From Candidatus Marinacidobacterales bacterium (GTDB lineage: Bacteria; Acidobacteriota; Vicinamibacteria; Marinacidobacterales; DATDRI01): a DNA stretch of 64,000 nucleotides. The stretch is taken from NCBI GenBank assembly GCA_965226495.1, contig OZ245365.1, forward strand, positions 160,001 to 224,000, read 5' to 3'. Numbering within the stretch: the stretch's first letter is position 1; the number at the start of each line of letters is the position of its first letter. Both the position numbers and the translations under genes were made by a program. Positions 9,310 through 18,229 of this stretch are shown in pieces. The notes under the pieces are model-generated. The model saw only the letters and a list, made by a program, of their open reading frames with translations. It ran no database searches and was not told the DNA's origin.

Positions 9310-10566
9310 TTGTCGATTACCAAGTACTCTCGATTCCTTCCGGAGGCCCTAGAGGATCTATCCCTAGAGGATCTGCTGCAGCAGTTATCCGACTACTTCT
9401 TGCGCAGTGGGTTCCAAGACGCCTACGGGTTCTATCAGCTCGGTGATCAATCGATGGCCGAGCTTCAGGAAGCCATCCTACAAGCCCTACTGGAGCAGGG
9501 AGCCCTCTCCCAAGAAGATGTAGAGCGGATGCTTTCGGGAGCAGAAAACTTCGAAGACTCGGACCTGGCCCGGCTTCTCAACGAGCTCATCGAGCGGATG
9601 CAGGAAGAGGGATACATCCAGGTGGGGCCCGCCGACTCAGAGACCGCGCTCGGTAGCATGGAAACCTCGGAGCCGGGCCGAGTGGAATCGTCGCGAGGCG
9701 GCGTTAAGTTCGAGCTCACTGACAAGACGGTGGACTTCCTGGGTTTCAAGACACTGAGGGATTTGCTGGGTGGTCTCGGGAAGGCTAGCTTCGGACAGCA
9801 CGAAACGAAAGAGCTGGCGACCGGCGTAGAAGTAACTGGAAGCTCCAAACGGTACGAGTTCGGTGACACGCTCAACCTGGACATCTCTCGCACGCTTCTC
9901 TCTGCGGTCCGGCGGAACGGCTTGCGTGTGCCCATCGAGCTCACCCCATCCGATCTACATGTGCATCAGTCGGAATACCGGAGCTCTTGTGCCACGGTGG
10001 TGATGCTCGACTGTAGCCATAGCATGATCCTCTATGGAGAGGATCGATTCACGCCCGCCAAGAAAGTGGCTTTGGCTCTCTCCCATCTCATCCGCACTCA
10101 GTACCCTGGCGACAGCCTTCATCTCGTGCTCTTTCATGACAGCGCCGAGGAAGTGCCGTTATCGCAACTTGCCCGAGTCCGGGTCGGTCCGTTTTATACC
10201 AATACCTGTGAAGGATTGAAGCTGGCGCAGCGAATCCTGACTCGCGAACGCAAAGACATGCGTCAGATAGTCATGATTACCGATGGGAAACCATCCGCAC
10301 TCACCCTAGAGGACGGGCGTATCTACAAGAATCCCTTCGGGTTGGATCCCCTGATCGTCGACCATACTTTCAAGGAAGTCGTAGCCTGCCGGCGCTCCGG
10401 CATTCTCATTAACACCTTTATGTTGGCGCGTGACCACTCGTTAGTGAACTTCGTGAAAAAACTGACGGAGATCGTCCGAGGTAAGGCTTACTTTACGACA
10501 CCCGCGTCCCTCGGTCACTACGTCCTCATGGACTACGTGAACAAGAAGACCCGTACGCTTCACTGA
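9310..10566 (+). CDS. VWA domain protein (partner of the AAA+ ATPase)
   Basis: MIDAS DCSHSM and MITDGKPS. Confidence 0.85.
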   Translation: MSITKYSRFLPEALEDLSLEDLLQQLSDYFLRSGFQDAYGFYQLGDQSMAELQEAILQALLEQGALSQEDVERMLSGAENFEDSDLARLLNELIERMQEEGYIQVGPADSETALGSMETSEPGRVESSRGGVKFELTDKTVDFLGFKTLRDLLGGLGKASFGQHETKELATGVEVTGSSKRYEFGDTLNLDISRTLLSAVRRNGLRVPIELTPSDLHVHQSEYRSSCATVVMLDCSHSMILYGEDRFTPAKKVALALSHLIRTQYPGDSLHLVLFHDSAEEVPLSQLARVRVGPFYTNTCEGLKLAQRILTRERKDMRQIVMITDGKPSALTLEDGRIYKNPFGLDPLIVDHTFKEVVACRRSGILINTFMLARDHSLVNFVKKLTEIVRGKAYFTTPASLGHYVLMDYVNKKTRTLH

Positions 10567-10644
10567 GCTGGTCTGAATCACCGGTCTGCGCAACCTGTAT
10601 GGCGGCTTTATGCTGGCTGTACGCCTGCATAAGGCGGGACGCCC

Positions 10645-10673
10645 TTGCCAACCCGGCGAGAACGCGTTATAGT
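10645..10673 (+). promoter_or_regulatory. Sigma70-type promoter of the PilZ pair
   Basis: TTGCCA-N17-TATAGT. Confidence 0.5.
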
Positions 10674-10772
10674 GTTCTATCCGGTAAAGTTAGCCAATTC
10701 CAGCTTGTGTCCCGAGGAGTCCCCGCCCTCGGGCATTGATCGTATGGCGCGCGGCTCAGAAGAGGGAGAGTA

Positions 10773-11174
10773 ATGGCGGAGGCGTGGGATGGTCGTGAGC
10801 GAAGAAAATATCCGAGGGTACCGTTGAAAGGCGAGGTAAAAGGAAAGATCCACACCGTCGCGGCCGCTCCCGTTGTCGATCTTTCCGTGGAAGGGGCCTT
10901 GCTCGAAGTCCCTTGTGTTTTGAAGCCGAAGACGCTGTATACCTTGAAGCTCACCGTCGGCCCGACGGAGCAACTCGAGGTTAAGGGAAAAGTGATACGA
11001 AGCTACGTACACGGCTTCGAGCGCAACGAGCGTGGAGAGACGGTCATCAAATATCGAGCCGCGGTACAGTTTCAGGCGGTAGGCGATGCCGAAAAGGAAA
11101 CTCTCCACAAAACGGTCGAAAGACTGTCCCAAATTGCTGTGAGCGCTCACCTATCGAGTGAGCGGGCGGGATAA
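10773..11174 (+). CDS. PilZ domain protein
   Basis: ERRKYPR (RxxxR) and DLSVEG (DxSxxG). Confidence 0.85.
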   Translation: MAEAWDGRERRKYPRVPLKGEVKGKIHTVAAAPVVDLSVEGALLEVPCVLKPKTLYTLKLTVGPTEQLEVKGKVIRSYVHGFERNERGETVIKYRAAVQFQAVGDAEKETLHKTVERLSQIAVSAHLSSERAG

Positions 11175-11197
11175 GTGGGCGCAGAAAGACAGGCGGA

Positions 11198-11536
11198 ATG
11201 AGCGACGTGAATCAAGAGCGCCGGCACGCACCCCGCGTCGAAGCCGAAGGAAATGTTCCTGGGCAACTCGAGATCGATTTGGAAACTCACGTTGTCCAAA
11301 TCTCTCCAAATGGAATGATGGCCGAGCTGGAAGCACCGGTGACCGTGGAATCTGAGTACAAATTCACTTTAAGTGTGGCTGGTGAGGACCTAGATCTGAA
11401 GGGCGTGGTGCGAAACTGCGAGCCCAAGACACTTGCGGATAGCACCACCCTTTACCGAGTCGGAATCGAGTTTCGCAGCGTAGACGAAAAGCAGCAAGAC
11501 ATCCTGACCCGTTTCGTCGAGAGCAAGCTTACTTAA
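11198..11536 (+). CDS. PilZ domain protein
   Basis: ERRHAPR, QISPNG, C-terminal RVGIEF. Confidence 0.8.
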   Translation: MSDVNQERRHAPRVEAEGNVPGQLEIDLETHVVQISPNGMMAELEAPVTVESEYKFTLSVAGEDLDLKGVVRNCEPKTLADSTTLYRVGIEFRSVDEKQQDILTRFVESKLT

Positions 11537-11540
11537 CGTA

Positions 11541-11624
11541 GGCTTCTTTCCTTTATCCCTCTCCCCACGGGGAGAGGGTAGGGTGAGGGGCATGGAGCTG
11601 GCTTCCTTCCTTTATTTCCTCTCC
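11541..11624. repeat. REP-like element (CCCTCACCC/CCCTCTCCC-GGGAGAGGG family), one full and one partial copy
   Basis: CCCTCTCCCCACGGGGAGAGGGTAGGGTGAGGG with GGCTTC(C/T)TTCCTTTAT tails; relatives at 18230, 30396, 46262. Confidence 0.75.
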
Positions 11625-11654
11625 GATCATCGTTTCTATCCGCGGCGCGGACAG

Positions 11655-11709
11655 TTGTATACAAACGGCTACCCGTGCGTTTGACGAACCGCCTCAGGAT
11701 TCCTAGGAT
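11655..11709 (+). promoter_or_regulatory. GntR/FadR-like operator (TTGTATACAA) and sigma70 promoter of pckG
   Basis: Perfect palindrome 11655-11664; TTGACG-N17-TAGGAT at 11681-11709; GGAGG RBS. Confidence 0.55.
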
Positions 11710-11739
11710 ATCCCCGCGCTAGCTGCATCAGGAGGTGCA

Positions 11740-13499
11740 ATGGACGAGCTAGAAAGTTGGGTTGAGGAAACGGCCCGCGTCACCAGGCCCAGCCGTGTCG
11801 AGTGGTGCGACGGTTCGGAGGAAGAAAACGATCGACTCATCGAAGAAATGCTGGGAGATGAAACGCTCCGAGAGCTGAACTCCCAGCGCTGGCCGCATTG
11901 CTATCTTCATCGAAGCGATTCCAATGACGTAGCCCGAACCGAGCACCTGACCTTCATTTGCAGCGAGGATCAGGATCAGGCTGGGCCCACTAACAACTGG
12001 ATGGCCCCCGCGGAAGCGCGGCAGAAAGTAGGCGCGCTCTTCGAAGGGGCAATGAAAAATCGCACCATGTACGTCGTGCCCTATCTCATGGGGCCTCCTG
12101 GATCCCCTTTTACAAAAGTCGGAATCGAGCTCACCGACAGCGCATACGTCGTTGCGAATATGCGGATCATGACGAGGATGGGAAAGGTGGCCCTCGATGA
12201 GTACCGCCAAAGCGGCGAGTTCGCACCCGGCCTCCATTCCCTGGGAGATCTTTCTCCCGACCGGCGGTTCGTCTGCCATTTTCCCGAGGAGAAGCTCATT
12301 TGGAGCATCGGTTCGGGCTACGGGGGAAACGCGCTTCTAGGCAAGAAGTGTTTCGCGCTGCGGATCGCGAGTGTCATGGCCCATAAAGAAGGTTGGTTGG
12401 CCGAGCACATGTTGATCCTGGAGCTCGAACAACCGGGTGGCAAGATCGACTACATCGCGGCCGCTTTTCCAAGTCAATGTGGAAAAACCAACCTTGCCAT
12501 GTTGGTCAGCCCGCTCGAGCACTTGGGGTACAAGGTGCGCTGTCGGTGACGACATCGCGTGGCTGAGGATCGGTGAAGACGGGCGCTTGTGGGCCGTGAA
12601 TCCCGAGGCGGGCTTCTTCGGCGTGGCTCCGGGTACCAACGACCAGACCAACCCCAATGCGATGAAAGCCATCCGGCAGAGACGTGAACGATCTTCACCC
12701 CAATGCGTCCGGCAGAACACGATCTTCACCAATGACGGATGACGCCCAGCCTTGGTGGGAGGGTAAAGATCCTGCTCCGCCCCAGGGGCTCATCGACTGG
12801 CAGAACCAGCCGTACAGTGGATCCGGAAAGGCAGCTCACCCGAACTCGCGCTACACCGTGCCTGCCCGTCAGTGCCCGAGCATCTCGCCACGTTGGGAGG
12901 ATGCGAAAGGCGTTCCCATTTCAGCGTTACTCTTCGGGGGCCGTCGGGCTCGGCTCACGCCTCTCGTTTTTCAACCCTACAGTTGGCAGCATGGGGTTTT
13001 CGTCGCTGCCACGATGGGATCCGAAACGACCGCCGCGGCTACCGGAGAGGTCGGCGTCGTCCGGCGAGATCCGATGGCGATGCTCCCGTTTTGCGGGTAC
13101 CACATGGCCGATTATTGGAGCCATTGGTTGACCCTCGGACAACGAGCGAGCCGGCCGCCGGCCATTTTCCACGTCAATTGGTTTCGGACCGATTCGGGCG
13201 GCCGCTTTCTGTGGCCGGGATTCGGCGAGAATCTGCGTGTCTTGCTCTGGATTCTCGAGCGAACGGCGGGGAAGGGGAAGGCTGAAGAAACTCCTATTGG
13301 CTGGGTACCGACCCCCGACGCGGTCAACTTGGATGGCCTAGACGTACCTCCTCAAAAGATGAAGGAGCTCTTACGTCTCGACAAGGAGGGTTGGGGGAAA
13401 GAGATAGCGGGGATGAGAACCTTCTTCGAAAAGTTTGGAGATCGCTTGCCCCGAGCGTTGGAAGAAGAATTAGAGGATTTGAAAAAGCGCTTGGGTTAG
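11740..13499 (+). pseudogene. pckG: Phosphoenolpyruvate carboxykinase (GTP), split by two frameshifts (possibly sequencing error)
   Basis: [73 protein letters not shown] spread over three ORFs. Confidence 0.88.
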
Positions 13500-13545
13500 G
13501 GCTCCCTGAGCCGCCCGGCGGGCGTTTTCCCGGCCCCGGGAAAAA

Positions 13546-13621
13546 TGGTGGAGCTGACGGGGATCGAACCCGTGACCTCGTGAATGCCATTCACGCGCGC
13601 TCCCAGCTGCGCTACAGCCCC
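13546..13621 (-). tRNA. tRNA-Ala (GGC)
   Basis: GGGGCTGTAGCGCAGCTGGGAGCGCGCGTGAATGGCATTCACGAGGTCACGGGTTCGATCCCCGTCAGCTCCACCA; upstream TTGACT-N17-TACGAT. Confidence 0.96.
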
Positions 13622-13952
13622 ACTTCAGGACAAAGCCAATCGTAGCCAATGAAACGTTCTAAGTCAAGGCGACGAAATGGTTTGGAAGCCAGCCAGCAGA
13701 CAGGGAAAAGTGGGGCGAGGGATTAGTTAGGCGGGAAAAACTAACGGTGAGTTGTGGAATGATTTTCGATCGCTTTTTAAGGGCGATCTGTGGTCCCAGT
13801 CTCCATTTTATTTAAGGTGTGGCCCCTCGCCTCACCAAATCCATTCTAGACACCCCCCGCGCGACGCGCAAATAAACCTCGATCGCTCCCGGCTTTGCCA
13901 CATAAGCCAAGCTGGTATAATGGCTTACACCCGGCCCTCGAGGGGGGAAAGG

Positions 13953-14050
13953 GGAAGTGATTGGGGTCTGGTGGCCTCCACGGACTTCAAATCCGATGGT
14001 TCCGGGCTAATCCTCGGGACGGTGGGTTCGATTCCCACGCACTTCCGCCA
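13953..14050 (+). tRNA. selC: tRNA-Sec (UCA)
   Basis: GGAAGTG...CACTTCCGCCA acceptor, CGGA-CTTCAAA-TCCG anticodon arm, long variable arm, GGTTCGATTCC T arm; extended -10 TGGTATAAT upstream. Confidence 0.93.
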
Positions 14051-14164
14051 AAACGGTCCGCCAACTCTGTCCGGACTTCAGTGACTTCAAAGTGGCACTT
14101 GAAGTCGCGCCGACCGAATCGACACTACCCGTGGCAATTGCGAAATGAGTTCGCGGCTTCGGCA

Positions 14165-15784
14165 TCACCCGCTCAGATTCATCCTACGAAGGAGTTCCTT
14201 ATACCTGGGCTCGGGTCGAAGGTCGTGCCAGTCCCAAGCGACTGCGAGGTGCACCAGGGCGGGCTCGCGCTCCTCGAAAGCTCTTTCGAGCCACGTGAGC
14301 GCGTCCGCGTTCTCGGCCGCGTGGGCATAAAGCCGAGCGACACGCACTGAGCCTACATAGGAATCGGTGGCGAGCGACGCGAGTCTAGATGCCGCGCTGC
14401 TCATGGCGTCGCGGTAGTGAGACTCCGTGACGCCGCGTGTAAACCCCTCCACCATCTCCGGTCTTCCGATGAGAGAGAAGAAGTCCTTCGCGGCTCGTAG
14501 AGCCTCCTCGTGCTCGCCCTTCATGTAGTACGCTCCCCAGAGGCCTTGGCGTACCGCCGGGAAACTCGGTTCTGTTCGAAGGGCTCGTTCGAGCTCGATG
14601 ATGGCGCCGTCGCAGCGCTCGCGGTAGAGCAAGTGCCAGCCCCGGAAGCACTGGTAAAACGCATTGAACGGATCCAACTGCATCGCTCGGTCGAGCTCTG
14701 CTGCGGCTTCATGGGAACGTTTCATGGAGATCAGATAGTCCGAGTAGAAGAAGTGGCCGTCCGCGTGGTTCGGGTTGAGCTGGATTGCACGTTGGAACTC
14801 CTTCTCCGCGGCGTCGAAGTCCCAATCGTGAACGAAACGGACGTTACCGAGTGTTGCGTGAGCTTCTGCAAGCGAATCGTCGAGCGCCAATGCGTCCAGC
14901 ACGGATGCCTTCATTTGCGCGAACGCTTCGCGTGGGGGCGTCAAACCAAGCTCACCACGGGAAAACCAAATATCGGCGATTCCTGCGTGCGCGAGAGGGT
15001 AGTGGCGATCTTTCTTCAGGGCGAGCTGGAAGTACTCGAGCGCCGTGTCGAGATGGTCGGATGAAAGCTTGTACCAGTGAAAGCGGCCCTTCAGATAGGC
15101 CTCGTAGGCTTCTAGGCTCTCCGGGCGGCTCCTGGCGAGGCTCTTTACGTCCTCCGGCGTCAACGCCACGTGGATCTCGGAGGCGATGGTCCGCGCGAGC
15201 TCGGCTTGTAGGGTAAGGACGTCCTGCAGATCACGTTCGTAGCTTTCGGCCCAAAGGTGTTCGTCCGACGTGCCGTCGATGAGTTGGACGGTGATGCGAA
15301 CCCGATCGGCCACCCGCAGTACGGAGCCTTCGATGACGGCGTCCACACCGAGCTCCTTGGCTATCTGCGGGATCGATTGCTCGGCTCCTTGGTAGCGCAT
15401 CACGGAGCGACGCGAGATCACCTTCAAAGCGTCCATGTTCGATAAATCCTTGAGGAGCGCGTCGTGGATGCCGTGGACGAGATACTCGTGCGAGGGATCG
15501 CGAGTGAGATTTTCGAGAGGTAGGACGGCAAGCCAAACTTCGCTCCCGCCGTCGGACTTCGAAGGCGTGGGACGCGAGCTCTCTTTCGGGCGACGGCTTT
15601 CGAGCCAGGCGTCGAGCTCGGAGCGATAGGCATAGACCGTCGCCTGCTTCTCGTGCACATGGCGGTGGACAGGCAAGCCTTCCGTCTTCTCCCACCGTCT
15701 GACTGTGCTCGTGTCGCGATCCAGGTAGACGGCGATCTCCTTCCATGATTCGAGCCGTCCGCTGGAAGGGGAGCTGGACTTCAT
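14165..15784 (-). CDS. HTH + TolB-like + TPR protein (putative regulator)
   Basis: RLESWKEIAVYLDRDTSTVRRWE HTH, LAVLPLEN..EGSVLR TolB-N domain, TPR repeats. Confidence 0.85.
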   Translation of the reverse strand: MKSSSPSSGRLESWKEIAVYLDRDTSTVRRWEKTEGLPVHRHVHEKQATVYAYRSELDAWLESRRPKESSRPTPSKSDGGSEVWLAVLPLENLTRDPSHEYLVHGIHDALLKDLSNMDALKVISRRSVMRYQGAEQSIPQIAKELGVDAVIEGSVLRVADRVRITVQLIDGTSDEHLWAESYERDLQDVLTLQAELARTIASEIHVALTPEDVKSLARSRPESLEAYEAYLKGRFHWYKLSSDHLDTALEYFQLALKKDRHYPLAHAGIADIWFSRGELGLTPPREAFAQMKASVLDALALDDSLAEAHATLGNVRFVHDWDFDAAEKEFQRAIQLNPNHADGHFFYSDYLISMKRSHEAAAELDRAMQLDPFNAFYQCFRGWHLLYRERCDGAIIELERALRTEPSFPAVRQGLWGAYYMKGEHEEALRAAKDFFSLIGRPEMVEGFTRGVTESHYRDAMSSAASRLASLATDSYVGSVRVARLYAHAAENADALTWLERAFEEREPALVHLAVAWDWHDLRPEPRYKELLRRMNLSG

Positions 15785-15908
15785 GCCCGGCAGTCTAATC
15801 GGGCGCTCGTTTGCGCGCAAAGGTGCTTAAAGCCGGGCCTTTGCCGCTGCTGCTATTGACGGCGCGCCAAGCCCCTAGTAGCGTGCCGTTAGACCGAAGG
15901 AGGACACG

Positions 15909-16313
15909 ATGGAAACGAAGCAAGATGCCAAATTCGCGGCTGGTGCCGATGTCCTGAAAGAGTACGGGGCCGCCCTAACGTCGGGCGATCTCGAGCGATG
16001 GATATCGCTGTGGACCGAGTCGGGCGTGCAGATGGCGCCCGACGCGCCGAAACGCAGGAGCAGGGACGAGGTCCGCGCCGCCATGCAACCCGTCTTCGAC
16101 CTCTACGAGCACGAAATGGCGGTCGATCCCCAAGTCGTTCGGCTCGCCGACGACTGGGGCTTCGTCCGCGGCGACTTCACGCATGAAATGAGCTCGAAAG
16201 TCAACGAGGAGCGCTCTCGCCGTACCGGCAAATTCTTGACGATCGTGGAGAAGCAGAGCGACGGAGCGTGGAAGATCGCGTGCGATTGCTTCAACTACAA
16301 TGCTCCAGCCTAG
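15909..16313 (+). CDS. SnoaL/NTF2-like (DUF4440-type) protein
   Basis: GKFLTIVEKQSDGAWKIACDCFN; AGGAGG RBS; TTGACG-N17-TAGCGT promoter. Confidence 0.8.
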   Translation: METKQDAKFAAGADVLKEYGAALTSGDLERWISLWTESGVQMAPDAPKRRSRDEVRAAMQPVFDLYEHEMAVDPQVVRLADDWGFVRGDFTHEMSSKVNEERSRRTGKFLTIVEKQSDGAWKIACDCFNYNAPA

Positions 16314-16383
16314 TTTGACTTTGCTTGCAACGCGGTGACGTCCCCAGGTAGATTTGCTGGTGGCGCGAGGCCCGTCGGCGACC

Positions 16384-16456
16384 GACTTCAAATCCGATGG
16401 TTCCAGGCTAATCCTCGGGACGGTGGGTTCGATTCCCACGCACTTCCGCCAAAACG
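16384..16456 (+). repeat. Duplicated 3' part of tRNA-Sec (att site)
   Basis: Matches 13983-14055 with one mismatch; starts at the anticodon arm GACTTCAAATCCG; 5' half of the tRNA is absent. Confidence 0.9.
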
Positions 16457-16720
16457 TCAGCACCTGAACTCGGTCCGGATGGAGTGCTCGGCTCTCCAAG
16501 AATAAATATCGCTGCAAAAAATAATTCACTTTTTTCTTGACAGCTTATTCGCGACGATATGAACAATATCGCAGGTACGATCTGGGGTGGGCCTGTACGC
16601 GCGATAGAGAAACGGCAGTCACGTTCGTTTGCTTGGGTAGACTTCGAAAGTGTCTCGATGTGTTCGCGTTCAACACGCGCGCGCACAGAGCGTCAAAAAA
16701 AGCCGTGCTATAAGTAGCGC

Positions 16721-17899
16721 ATGAACAAAAAAGACGGATTGAAATCGCTTTCCGATGACCAGCTTCTTGTTCGACTGTCGAACGTTTTGAAACAGTCGCG
16801 GCGTGTCGAGTCGGTTCTTGTTGCGCATATCGCCGAAGTCGATGCGCGCCGACTGTATGCCCGTGAAGCTTCGTCATCGATGTTCAATTACGCCACCGAC
16901 GTGCTGCACTTATCCGAGGCAGAAGCCTACCTACGGATAGCCGCCGCACGGGCGTCGCGCCGACATCCGGCACTGCTGACGATGCTCGACGATGGGCGTC
17001 TTCACTTGAGCGGCATCGCGGTGCTGGCGCCGTATCTTACCGACACCAATTGCGAGGGGCTTCTGGCTCGAGCAACTCACAAGACCAAGCGCGAGCTCCT
17101 GGTACTGGTGGCGGAGTTTGCGCCGAAGCCGGATGTCTCGGCCTCCATCCGGAAGCTTCCGAAGCAGAGACAGAATCCGGCAAGCGAACACCGTACGTCA
17201 GGCGCCGCGGAAAGTACTCCGTCCGGAAAGAGTCCAGCTGTTGAACCTGCCTCCGCCCCGGCTCCCGAACCGGCGAACAGGCCTCCAGTCGTCGAGCCGC
17301 TGGCGCCTGCGCGGTACCGAGTGCAGTTCACAGCGAGCGCCGAGCTTCACGACAAGCTCCAACGGCTCGCGGCGCTCATGCCGGGTGCCGACCTCGCTTC
17401 CATGATCGAAGCGTCCGTGACGGAGAAACTCGAGCGGCTCGAGGCCAGGCGCCTAGGCAAAGTAAAGAATCCGAGAAAGAGCCTCGAAGATGCCGACACG
17501 TCCCCGGGAGTGCGCGGAATTCCCGCTCCGGTGAGGCGTTTCGTGTGGGAGCGTGATCAGGCTCAATGCACATTTGAGAGCAGCGACGGTAGACGATGTC
17601 CCGAGCGCCTAGGGCTGCAGTTCCATCACCACGATCCTTACGGGCTCGGCGGCGATCGAAGTGCCAACAATGTTAGGCTCCTATGTGGTCCGCACAATCT
17701 CTACATGGCGGAGATGGACTACGGCAAAGACAAGATGGAGCGGTACCGCCGTCTGGCAAGCTATAGTTCTGCAACAACGGTTCGTGAACCGAAGCCGTCG
17801 TTTCAACTCTTTCCGGACAGAGTTCATGAATCGCCGCCCCTTCGTGCTGCGGTGCAACTCGCAACGAAGGACGGCGCCGCACCTCGAGCCGTTCTCTAG
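16721..17899 (+). CDS. DUF222-like domain + HNH endonuclease (copy 1)
   Basis: N-terminal LVAHIAEVDARRLY..SSMFNY..LSEAEAYLRI; C-terminal RD-x3-C..C..QFHHHDPY..GG..NVRLLCGPHN. Confidence 0.85.
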   Translation: MNKKDGLKSLSDDQLLVRLSNVLKQSRRVESVLVAHIAEVDARRLYAREASSSMFNYATDVLHLSEAEAYLRIAAARASRRHPALLTMLDDGRLHLSGIAVLAPYLTDTNCEGLLARATHKTKRELLVLVAEFAPKPDVSASIRKLPKQRQNPASEHRTSGAAESTPSGKSPAVEPASAPAPEPANRPPVVEPLAPARYRVQFTASAELHDKLQRLAALMPGADLASMIEASVTEKLERLEARRLGKVKNPRKSLEDADTSPGVRGIPAPVRRFVWERDQAQCTFESSDGRRCPERLGLQFHHHDPYGLGGDRSANNVRLLCGPHNLYMAEMDYGKDKMERYRRLASYSSATTVREPKPSFQLFPDRVHESPPLRAAVQLATKDGAAPRAVL

Positions 17900-17912
17900 C
17901 TCCTGCCAGCCT

Positions 17913-18221
17913 ATGCCGTCTGATTCCGATGACTTCTTTCCTGAGCCGGTGCGGGTGCCGGTGCAAGATAGCTTCGATCTCCATACTTTTTCTCCTCGCG
18001 ACATACCTTCCGTCGTGGAGTCCTATCTCGAGGCCGCAGTCGACGCAGGATTCGAAGAAGTGCGGCTCATCCACGGCCGAGGGAAAGGTGTTCAGAAAGA
18101 GGTGGTCCGCCGAGTCCTTTCGAAACACCCTCGCGTTTCGAGCTTCCGCGAGGCGCCTCCAGACCGCGGGGGCTGGGGCGCAACGCTAGCGTGGCTAAAG
18201 AAGAAAGATCAGACGGAATAA
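17913..18221 (+). CDS. Smr/MutS2 domain protein
   Basis: DLHTF, VRLIHGRGKG, GGWGAT. Confidence 0.88.
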   Translation: MPSDSDDFFPEPVRVPVQDSFDLHTFSPRDIPSVVESYLEAAVDAGFEEVRLIHGRGKGVQKEVVRRVLSKHPRVSSFREAPPDRGGWGATLAWLKKKDQTE

Positions 18222-18229
18222 CAGGAGTA

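Larger units (their letters stand above)
14051..16456. mobile_element. Small integrase-less genomic island inserted in selC
   Basis: Bounded by a 73-bp direct repeat of the tRNA-Sec 3' part (13983-14055 and 16384-16456). Confidence 0.7.

Noticed and set aside
10674-10772. c-di-GMP riboswitch in the PilZ leader
   Set aside because: One hairpin is present, but the conserved GEMM/c-di-GMP-II sequence features are not seen
12547-12549. UGA selenocysteine readthrough in pckG, given selC nearby
   Set aside because: Homology continues in another frame, so this is a frameshift; I found no convincing selenoprotein in the window
16340-16450. Second complete tRNA-Sec gene
   Set aside because: The 5' acceptor strand and D arm are missing; only the part from the anticodon arm onward is duplicated
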